Positions 20,375-28,599 of a stretch of DNA of 32,000 nt are shown here, one piece after another. The stretch is from positions 1 through 32,000 of the forward strand of contig JADGIF010000024.1 in assembly GCA_018985225.1 (NCBI GenBank), written 5' to 3'. This DNA is from Amoeboradix gromovi X-113. Lineage: Eukaryota; Fungi; Sanchytriomycota. The notes under the pieces were generated by a model. The model did no database searches. It was not told the origin of the DNA and saw only the letters and a program-made list of their open reading frames with translations. Each line of letters starts with the position of its first letter. The stretch's first letter is position 1. A program made the position numbers and the translations under genes.

Positions 20375-22393
20375 CTATTCATTTATTATTTTATCTAAAC
20401 TACATATTGCAAAGTGTACTTTACTTTCCAATCCACTCATTTGATTAATAAATTCGGATGCATTACTAATCTTGCTAATATGACAGTTGTTCAACCCATT
20501 TGCCTGTAGTAATACGTTAATCCATGCGTTCAAATATTCAAACTTATTTGTAAAGCCCTTGGCGTCGATGAATATGTTGATCATCTTTAATCGTAAAGAT
20601 TCATCTAGACATCTTAATGCTACATCTACCATTGGCGCGCTATTGCTTAGTAATTTATCAATTAGTTTATGCACATTTTCCCTATAGTTAGCCTCTTCAC
20701 AAGCGTTGATAAGAGCAGGCAGCTCTTTGATGGGTTGCTCACCAATTACTTGTCCGATATCAGCATCGCCTTCATCTTCTTGCGCTTGCTGTAGATCTCC
20801 CAAAAAGAAGGGAACATGCTTCTCTTCCGTATTACGCTGTTGGATCTTTTGCCAAAGCAGCACATTCTTCCATACACTCAAAGTAGAGCCCCAAGACAAT
20901 CCTCTGATGTATTCTAACGGTTCATACTCAACGCTGTCCACTTCCGTCATTATAACATCATCACTCAACGTGGACAACGTGTCAATTGAAGACAATGATT
21001 CATCATCCCGTTCCACATCTGACGCATTATCAACTGCAATGTTATTAGAAGGTGTATACATTAGTTTTATATCCCATGAAGAGCTTGGTAGCTTCCAAAT
21101 TCTAATGCCATCAAAATGCCTAATGACAAATTTATTTCTCCAATGCTGAATTTGCAATATATCTGAACCACAGTTTAAGTTCGTGCTTGTTATACCATTT
21201 GTGATGACGTTGATCCTAAACACTGTGGTTGAATTCGCAAAATAAATTTCAAACTTATTACAACACGAGCCAACAATCTTATAATCCGATTTGCAAAGCA
21301 GCTTAGAATCAAATTGGCGGATTGTGTTCAATGAAAAATCATCCTCAATCTTATATACTGTAATCATCGATTGGCCTTGAGTTACTAAATATTTATTGAG
21401 AAAGTACGCATCAGAGATATGACTGCTGTAGGATTTAAAAACTTTCAGATCCCAGTCCATTACATAAAGTTTACTTTTTGAAAAACCAGCAACAAAACTG
21501 CGGATTGGGTGACTTACTACATGATCTAATTGCAGTTCCAATTCAGCATCTAAACGGCCACTTGTGGAATGAAACCGTTTTAGTTTGTCCGCGCACAGAA
21601 ACACGTATTCGCCGCAACCGCTTACAAAAACGCGAAAATTGTTGTTTCTTCTAAACGGCAAATTCAGGTTCGTTGACTTTGTTTTGACGACTTTATAAAA
21701 ATCAAAGTGGTAAAGGTCCAATGTATGTTTATAACTTGCAATAGTGTTATTGCCAATAGAATGAACATTAAAATGTAAATATTGAGCGGCCTTGGTTAAA
21801 AGATTAACCACTACAGTTTTGTCCTTTTGTGACTGGTAAATCTTATCTTCATGTAATAAAAATGGAGAACTGCTTAGAGGGAACACAACGCGTTGGTTAA
21901 ATAAATCATCATAATAAAACACCCCACAATCAGTATGAATTATCAGCAAATTCATGTATTCGTGAGCACTATAAGATCTGAGCGCAAAATTTTTTACAGG
22001 CAACAAATGCTGGTCAAATATTACTATCTCGCTCTCAAATTGAACAACTACAAACTGCTTGTATCGAATAGCAAATGAAATGCTTCTTTTTAAATCGTGC
22101 CAATCATTAATTAATATCTTTGATTTCTGGACTTGCAACAGCTGAGAAGTGACATTTTCACGAACAAACTGGTCTAGAACACTATCCAGTCTATTACCTT
22201 TAAAGCAGTACACTTTTGCCTTTCCAAAAATATAAATTATGCCATTGTGAAACTCTACATCTGATATTATATCAGGCACTACTAGAACATGTTTAATAGT
22301 TGATTTCTGCAGACCAAACAAAGTGTTAGTACTAAAAAGCATAAGATACGGATGGCATACTTTCGAATGAGTGAAATTGAGATGCAAATTCAT
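20375..22393 (-). CDS. UTP21: divergent U3 snoRNP/SSU processome protein Utp21 (WDR36)
   Basis: Beta-propeller-like body with VSGCGEYVF...STSGRL. The C-terminal Utp21 domain reads WKNVLLWQKIQQRN...VPFFL, VDVALRCL, FEYLNAWINVLL. First ATG at 22393. Confidence 0.75.
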   Translation of the reverse strand: MNLHLNFTHSKVCHPYLMLFSTNTLFGLQKSTIKHVLVVPDIISDVEFHNGIIYIFGKAKVYCFKGNRLDSVLDQFVRENVTSQLLQVQKSKILINDWHDLKRSISFAIRYKQFVVVQFESEIVIFDQHLLPVKNFALRSYSAHEYMNLLIIHTDCGVFYYDDLFNQRVVFPLSSSPFLLHEDKIYQSQKDKTVVVNLLTKAAQYLHFNVHSIGNNTIASYKHTLDLYHFDFYKVVKTKSTNLNLPFRRNNNFRVFVSGCGEYVFLCADKLKRFHSTSGRLDAELELQLDHVVSHPIRSFVAGFSKSKLYVMDWDLKVFKSYSSHISDAYFLNKYLVTQGQSMITVYKIEDDFSLNTIRQFDSKLLCKSDYKIVGSCCNKFEIYFANSTTVFRINVITNGITSTNLNCGSDILQIQHWRNKFVIRHFDGIRIWKLPSSSWDIKLMYTPSNNIAVDNASDVERDDESLSSIDTLSTLSDDVIMTEVDSVEYEPLEYIRGLSWGSTLSVWKNVLLWQKIQQRNTEEKHVPFFLGDLQQAQEDEGDADIGQVIGEQPIKELPALINACEEANYRENVHKLIDKLLSNSAPMVDVALRCLDESLRLKMINIFIDAKGFTNKFEYLNAWINVLLQANGLNNCHISKISNASEFINQMSGLESKVHFAICSLDKIINE

Positions 22394-22422
22394 CCAGGTT
22401 TTATCCTTGAACACACACTAAT

Positions 22423-22770
22423 GGGACATCAAATTTAAAAACTAGAATAACTCGTTTTTAAAGGAGGTGCTCCATACGGAGCAAATGCTATCATTAATAA
22501 AAGATCTTCTTCTGTTATACCAAGATTCTCTCATTAATTGTATTCCTCTTTTTAAAATAAAACTAGAAGACCCTGCATCTCGTTCAAATATATGAGGTCT
22601 TTGATCATCTCAGAGGTTTATTTGAAATAAGATTTATTTTCCTTTTATACTCGTCAACTCCGCAACTAGCTGAATGTCCACTCGCCTCTTAAATCCATAA
22701 AATTAATATAGCTGAAATAATGTTCCAAGTTGTTACAGAAAGTTAGTCCAGTTTTTATATTTGATGTCCC
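22423..22770 (-). mobile_element. complete 348-bp non-autonomous TIR element (copy 4, 'ghost'/MITE) carrying the Fanzor-like 3' end
   Basis: 30-bp TIRs at 22423-22452 and 22741-22770 (27/30 complementary), flanked by AAT and ATT. The minus strand encodes DQRPHIFERDAGSSSFILKRGIQLMRESWYNRRRSFINDSICSVWSTSFKNELF*. Confidence 0.92.
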
Positions 22771-23604
22771 ATTTGCATAAAAGTTAAGAAATAGCATAGT
22801 TATTTTGTACACTGATGATAGAGCCAAAGTATTCTTGTCTTCATTGCTGTCTTTTGTATTTGAGCTGGCTTAGTGACTGCTTTCAAGTCACTGGAATAGT
22901 CTGATAGCATTTGATTGAGTACTCATTTTAATGCTCGTTCCAAGAATTGCTTAGAAACGATAGACCAGCGTACCTCTTTTATTTTACAGTGTACAAGACG
23001 CCGCTGTATAAAATTACAATAAGCATGTTCATTATAATGCGTGGGAGTGTTAAATGCGAAACCAATACGCTAGCACAACGTGCGATCGCTTTGATATCAT
23101 CTAATACCGATTTTCTACGTGGATTAATCAACCATCTATTTGAACATTCCATATCGACGGGTATTATTTCATTGTTTGCAATCTTCTTAATTCATTTGAT
23201 AGTCAAAGCTACATTAGTCTTTTATGCAATATGTCTAGGAAATCTCTCTCACAGTTCTCCAGTACCCAGTTCTTCAAGTTTTAATGTGTTGCGATTATAA
23301 GCTGTAGCATTTACTTGAATATAAAATTCGTAAAACATATCTGCATTGGGAACATCTTTCGTCGTTCAAATGAAAAATCTTGTCAAAATAATTGCGTCTC
23401 AAGAAATTGATTATAAAAATCGCGTTTGCACTTAAATAAGATGTGTAATGCCCGCATACCGAGGAATCTGTTCTTTTAACTTACCATATAACACAATGTA
23501 GTTGTATTTCTAGTTTGAATTATTAACTGAGAAGTGAAGAGGTTAATTTGAATTCTAATGTGACCCATTGTCCTTGCATCTCAAGTAATAGATTTTGATA
23601 ATTT

Positions 23605-25383
23605 ATGAAACTAGGTGCACTTGTATCTGGAGGCAAAGACTCATTGTTGGCTGCTTGTCATGCAGCATTCTTAAATCATACAATAGAATGCGTAATGCAC
23701 TTAGAAACTACTAAAGAAGTGGATTCATATTTGATACAATCTGTAGGTAGTAGCCACGTAAAGACAATTGCACAAGCTATGGAAATACCGTATTTAGGTA
23801 ATAAAACAAATGGAATAGCAACACAAAAGGACGCGTACATCACTGATATCGATGTTAATGATGAAACTTACGATTTATACATATTGATAAAAGAAGCAAA
23901 GTTAAAGCACAAGCTCGATGGTATTATAAGTGGCGCCATTGAATCAGATTATCAGCGACTTAGAATAGAATTCATCTGTCAGAAACTGAGTTTAACCTCG
24001 TTTGCTCCCTTGTGGAAATCAGATCCCGCAACTTTATTTAAAGAACTGCAAATTGTAGATTCTATAATTGTCAAAGTTGCATCTCTTGGGTTAAATCAGA
24101 CACACATAGGTAAGAATGTTGTGGACTTGCAGTCTGAATTGATGGACTTGTTTAACAAATATAAAATTCACCCACTCGGTGAAGGAGGTGAATTTGAGAC
24201 TTTTACAACATACTGCCCATTATTTAAACACTCAATTGAGCTAGATTACAATCTAGTGGATGAAAAGCAGTCCAGTTTTTCTGATATCACTTCATCAAAG
24301 TTGGTCCCAATCAAAAATTCCAAATCATTATCAATTTTAGCATCTACTCGTTTGTTTGACAATGATTCAAGTACAGTTTACTCATCCCCTATAAAGGCAC
24401 CTTGCAATAAACTCATATTACCAGTTATAGATCATGTATTTACCGTATATGCAAATTATATATCCTTGTCTAATTTTTTCATTTACAAGTCAAGCGAAGA
24501 TTTTAACAGCTCAGTATCTAAAGGCTTGACTGATTTAAAACTGGCAATCAACAAATTTACGAATTCCGTTGATTTAAGCGCGTTATTGATCGTGCATGTA
24601 TATATTCAGGATATGTCTCTGTTTGGTCAATTTAACACCATTTACGGTTCCTTATTTAGCATCAGGCCACCTGCTCGTGCATGTGTTCAACTTGATCTAC
24701 CCAGCAACGTTATTTGTAAAATTGATGTAATCATCAGTAAACCCGCGTACGACCGTAAAGTGATGCATGTGAGCAGTATCAGCCACAAGTATCCTGCCAA
24801 TATCGGTCCTTACTCGCAATGCCAATCTCCACTAATTGAAGATGGAATTTCTTTTATTGCTGGTCAAGTTGGATTTGTGCCGATAAAGCTTTCCTACCCT
24901 ACAAGTGAGAATGAAGTGCAAGCAACAATCAAACAGAACAGTTTGTCTATTCAGCATGTCAAGTCGATCTGCGATGAAATGGGTATTGTGCCAGCGACTG
25001 CAGTAGGGTTTACAAGAAATGTTTCATTTAATTCTGAAATTTTAAACAAAATGAACGAGGAATATCCTAGTCTACCTGCTTTTTTGGTGCAAGTCGATAG
25101 GCTACCAAAGGATGGACAGGTGGAGTGGCTGTGCATGGCTACAGCTAAAAAACTAGTGTACAAGTGCATTAAAGCTGATAAGGAAGTGATTTATGAAAAC
25201 AAATTGGTAAGGATTGTACTGGGAAACGGGGACCATACCCAATTAATAGACAAGGAAAGAATGCAGTCATTTTATGTCGTAGATCACATCTGGGAGAGAA
25301 AAGAGAGCAGTGCATTTATAGTCCCAGTTAACAAGATTTATATGCGAGATACTTATAAGTACGCTATGATTGAGATTAAATAA
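23605..25383 (+). CDS. DPH6: diphthine--ammonia ligase with C-terminal RidA/YjgF-like domains
   Basis: ALVSGGKDS, DSYLIQSVG, SGAIESDYQRLRIE, GEGGEFETFT, then PPARACV, MHVSSISHKYPANIGPYSQ and LPKDGQVEW. Confidence 0.95.
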   Translation: MKLGALVSGGKDSLLAACHAAFLNHTIECVMHLETTKEVDSYLIQSVGSSHVKTIAQAMEIPYLGNKTNGIATQKDAYITDIDVNDETYDLYILIKEAKLKHKLDGIISGAIESDYQRLRIEFICQKLSLTSFAPLWKSDPATLFKELQIVDSIIVKVASLGLNQTHIGKNVVDLQSELMDLFNKYKIHPLGEGGEFETFTTYCPLFKHSIELDYNLVDEKQSSFSDITSSKLVPIKNSKSLSILASTRLFDNDSSTVYSSPIKAPCNKLILPVIDHVFTVYANYISLSNFFIYKSSEDFNSSVSKGLTDLKLAINKFTNSVDLSALLIVHVYIQDMSLFGQFNTIYGSLFSIRPPARACVQLDLPSNVICKIDVIISKPAYDRKVMHVSSISHKYPANIGPYSQCQSPLIEDGISFIAGQVGFVPIKLSYPTSENEVQATIKQNSLSIQHVKSICDEMGIVPATAVGFTRNVSFNSEILNKMNEEYPSLPAFLVQVDRLPKDGQVEWLCMATAKKLVYKCIKADKEVIYENKLVRIVLGNGDHTQLIDKERMQSFYVVDHIWERKESSAFIVPVNKIYMRDTYKYAMIEIK

Positions 25384-25873
25384 ACCAAGTTGCTCTGCAA
25401 ACCTGCTTTTTATACTGTCAAAATACTCAGTGAAAGTGTGAAAACTATCTTAGTAGTCTTAGGGCCAATAAGTTAACCATTTCTATGACATGAACCATTT
25501 CATTTGTAAAAATTGCGTGATGGGATAGGATTTACATTAAAGGTACTTTTACATTTGCTGCTAAGTAGTAAAAATTGTAAACTTGATTAAATAACCCCCA
25601 CCTTTTGCGTATAATGCATATTTCATGCAAAAGAGCATTCCACAGGGCGTTAAGGTAGCTCAACACCAATATACACAAGTACATCTAAAAGTATGCTGCG
25701 GCAGTATTTGGTCTGAGTGACGATTTTAGGAAATAGCGGTACACGAAAGCCATTTATCATGGATTTCCGATAATCCAAAATAGCAAGATTAACAGCACAC
25801 CTAAATTTTGCGCTATTACACTCTGTAGCTTATTGTTTTATAATGGATATTCTGCCTCCACATCTTGCTAGAG

Positions 25874-25879
25874 CACGTG
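25874..25879. promoter_or_regulatory. E-box CACGTG upstream of microprotein A
   Basis: Starts 43 nt before the ATG. The same motif precedes paralog B. Confidence 0.4.
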
Positions 25880-25916
25880 TCAAACACACAAATTTCTTGC
25901 TAGACCTGTTTATTAT

Positions 25917-26093
25917 ATGGAGGGAAGAGGACATAATAGTAAAAAGAATAACTCAACTAGGATCAGAGTGGAAAGGCTAGCACATGTGCCTAGCCAACCA
26001 ACTCTATCGTACTATCCTCATAATTTCAAAGCAATTCAACACCGGTTAGTTTATGAGATTTATGTTCGAATGCTTAAGAATTATGACAGTTAA
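25917..26093 (+). CDS. 58-aa microprotein, paralog A (unknown function)
   Basis: MEGRGHNSKKNNSTRIRVERLAHVPSQPTLSYYPHNFKAIQHRLVYEIYVRMLKNYDS*. It is 41/58 identical to the ORF at 26876, with many synonymous differences. Confidence 0.75.
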   Translation: MEGRGHNSKKNNSTRIRVERLAHVPSQPTLSYYPHNFKAIQHRLVYEIYVRMLKNYDS

Positions 26094-26825
26094 GTTTTAA
26101 TTTATTGGATCGCTCTATTCTCCAATCGAATGCTTTGGAAGTGCATAGGGTGGTAAGGGAATCAGACTTGGCCAAGGTTGAATTTCAACATGAGAATTAC
26201 TTGCTAAAATGTTTAAGGGACACACTCAAGGCACTAAAATTCTCTCGATCGAAATTGTGACTAAACTGACTCTAGGTGCAAGTCACACACGCGAGTATAC
26301 TCAACAAATGACATTTTTAGTTCCTAAACGGAATCAACTGAATTACCAACCTTAATGTATTTGGAATTTTATCAGCTCGCATGTTGAAAAAATACCTCAA
26401 TTCAAGGGGTAAATTACGGCTATGCATGCCAGTTGGAAAGTAGAACTTTTTAACATGCTAAGAGTCTCTGTAGATTCGAATGTATGCATAATCCTTTTAT
26501 TCTTGAAGCATGTACGTCATGATCTTAAACTACTACCAAGGATAAAATAAATGCTAGTAATCTGTAGATCGTAGCAAGCGCAAAACCTACTTCATATTAA
26601 ATTTAATCATAATGGATCATCTCAGATTTTTTTGAACAGCTGACTGCAATTTGGCTCCAACGTCTCAATTTATGTTCTTTGTAAAAACGCCATTTGAATG
26701 GCAGTATACGTAAATGGTTCTCATTTGAAGTTTTCTTTTTATCCGGTGGTATAAAAGCAATAATTATACAAGTCGTGATGAATAAAATTATCGAATCGCC
26801 ACAGATGGATAGCCATTTGCGGATA

Positions 26826-26831
26826 CACGTG
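26826..26831. promoter_or_regulatory. E-box CACGTG upstream of microprotein B
   Basis: Starts 50 nt before the ATG. Conserved while the flanks are diverged. Confidence 0.4.
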
Positions 26832-26875
26832 TTCAAGTTAAAGATATTCAAACCCGCCCTCAATATTTAATTTAA

Positions 26876-27052
26876 ATGGAAAGACTATTGCATAGTAGCA
26901 AGCGCAACAACTCAACCAGGATTAAAGTTGAGAAACTAGAGCATGTGCCTTACCAGCCTACCCTGTCTTATTATCCTCACAATTTTAAAGCAATTCAGCA
27001 TCCACTAGTATATGATATATATGTTAAAATAATTAATAATTATCCTAAATAA
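26876..27052 (+). CDS. 58-aa microprotein, paralog B (unknown function)
   Basis: MERLLHSSKRNNSTRIKVEKLEHVPYQPTLSYYPHNFKAIQHPLVYDIYVKIINNYPK*. Same length and same start/stop positions as paralog A. Confidence 0.75.
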   Translation: MERLLHSSKRNNSTRIKVEKLEHVPYQPTLSYYPHNFKAIQHPLVYDIYVKIINNYPK

Positions 27053-27189
27053 AACTCGGAACGGCTTCTTTCGGCATCCTGAAACAAATCCAACTTGGAT
27101 TTAAGTAAATAACACTTCGGTTGTAATACGAACAGAGTTTATGTAGTCTGTAATGTAACTTTGTAATTTTTCAATAGAACAAAAATAGG

Positions 27190-27966
27190 ATGAAACCTTG
27201 TGCAAAATGCGACTCATCTACCGACATAATTCTAAATTGTACACCATTTTGTAAGAATTGCTTACTAGACAGGACCAAAAAGAATTTTATAAGGACTTTG
27301 TCACGAGCATTAGACACAAAGGGAAGATATGACAAATCCAGGAAGAAATTCAAAGTTATGGTCGCCTATAACGGATCCTTGTCATCTAAATGCTGTATTC
27401 ACATTTTACATGACTATGTGTGCAACAGACCTCAAGTCGAAAGTATAGTTTTATGCAACATAAAATGTGCAGATTGGCATTCCCCTTACGAGATTGAGCG
27501 ACTATCTACATTCCCAATTGTTCAAAAAACTATTCCTAAAGATCCTAATAATATTCCTCAGGGTCAGAACTTCATTGCTCTTCTAGATAATGAGTTGTTA
27601 AATTCAGCCATCGAGAATGATTGTAACATCTTACTCTATTGCCATGACACCGAGCACCTAGCCTCACAACTTCTTACCAAAATAGTCTGCGGAAATGCCG
27701 CCGGAATCGAAAGCTTTGAAGTGTTTGATAAAAAGATCGTGAACGCAAACGAAATCAAGGTCGTTTATCCACTGCAGGAAATCACCCGACAAGAACTTGT
27801 CAACTATGCAGAAATAATGAACATTGGTTTCACGATTTGTCATAATCCTGGATCAGATTTCTTGAACATAACCAAAAACTTTTTATTCTCCCAACAGAAA
27901 ATAAAGGCGTCGACTTGTTCCATAATAACAAAAACACTTTCTAAAGTGAAAACACATAATAAATAG
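27190..27966 (+). CDS. NCS2: cytoplasmic tRNA 2-thiolation protein 2 (short form)
   Basis: N-terminal CxxC...FCxxC, degenerate PP-loop VMVAYNGSLSS, LASQLLTKIVCG, VYPLQEITRQE and STCSIITKTLSK. Confidence 0.85.
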   Translation: MKPCAKCDSSTDIILNCTPFCKNCLLDRTKKNFIRTLSRALDTKGRYDKSRKKFKVMVAYNGSLSSKCCIHILHDYVCNRPQVESIVLCNIKCADWHSPYEIERLSTFPIVQKTIPKDPNNIPQGQNFIALLDNELLNSAIENDCNILLYCHDTEHLASQLLTKIVCGNAAGIESFEVFDKKIVNANEIKVVYPLQEITRQELVNYAEIMNIGFTICHNPGSDFLNITKNFLFSQQKIKASTCSIITKTLSKVKTHNK

Positions 27967-27969
27967 CGA

Positions 27970-28599
27970 TTAACCGTTTATTTTGTTTGCATTGACTATT
28001 TCAATTAGCTCCTTGGCTACGGTCTCGTCTTTGAACAAGATTCCAACAGTCTCTAGTTTCCCATCTACGATCACTGAAAACGCTACTGATTTAGACTGTT
28101 GCGGCAATTGAAACACCTTGTTTTCTAAGAGAACCACTGCGTTAAGCATTATGGTTTTCATAGCGGACCCTTCTCTGTATATAACATGTAGTTTGGCAGC
28201 TGTTTCTTTATCAGCTACTTCTCCATCAGAGTCTTTAGTGCTTTTCTTCTTTTTATTGAGCCTTTTCTTTTCTATTTCATACAAATATACAGTCCCGTTC
28301 TTAGACTTTTTTGTCCACGCTCCATTTTCACTCAAAAACAAAGAGGCATGCTTTCCAGTAAATAATGGCGCATCCTCTTCTTCAATCTCCTCTTTTTTCA
28401 CCAGCTTAAAGTCTGCTTTGGATGGGGTGTTCGGCACCGAATCTAACTCTCTATTGTCTGCTTTGGGTATTTTAACCTCACTACCGAATAATTTTTCAGG
28501 GATACTTAACTCTGACTGTTCTGCAGATCTTTTGGATGGAAGGCTTAGCTGATTTGTTTGTCCAAATTGTACTTTCTTAGGCGTTTGCATTTGTGACAT
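27970..28599 (-). CDS. RanBP1-type Ran-binding-domain protein (Yrb2/Nup2/RanBP3-like)
   Basis: Disordered N-terminus, then EEEDAPLF...SLF...W.KK..GTVYL...VIYREG...IMLNA, typical of a RanBD. Confidence 0.7.
   Translation of the reverse strand: MSQMQTPKKVQFGQTNQLSLPSKRSAEQSELSIPEKLFGSEVKIPKADNRELDSVPNTPSKADFKLVKKEEIEEEDAPLFTGKHASLFLSENGAWTKKSKNGTVYLYEIEKKRLNKKKKSTKDSDGEVADKETAAKLHVIYREGSAMKTIMLNAVVLLENKVFQLPQQSKSVAFSVIVDGKLETVGILFKDETVAKELIEIVNANKING

Noticed and set aside
4152-21149. Numerous short ORFs antisense or frame-shifted inside MRD1, SPF1, RAV1, FHIP and UTP21
   Set aside because: They are shadows of well-supported genes with no recognisable motifs.
1-22770. CRISPR array or bacterial IS interpretation of the repeats
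   Set aside because: The repeats are dispersed, not regularly spaced, and the context is eukaryotic with no cas genes.
26571-26583. GTAGCAAGCGCAA shared with microprotein B, as a third paralog
   Set aside because: The match does not extend and the translation is unrelated.
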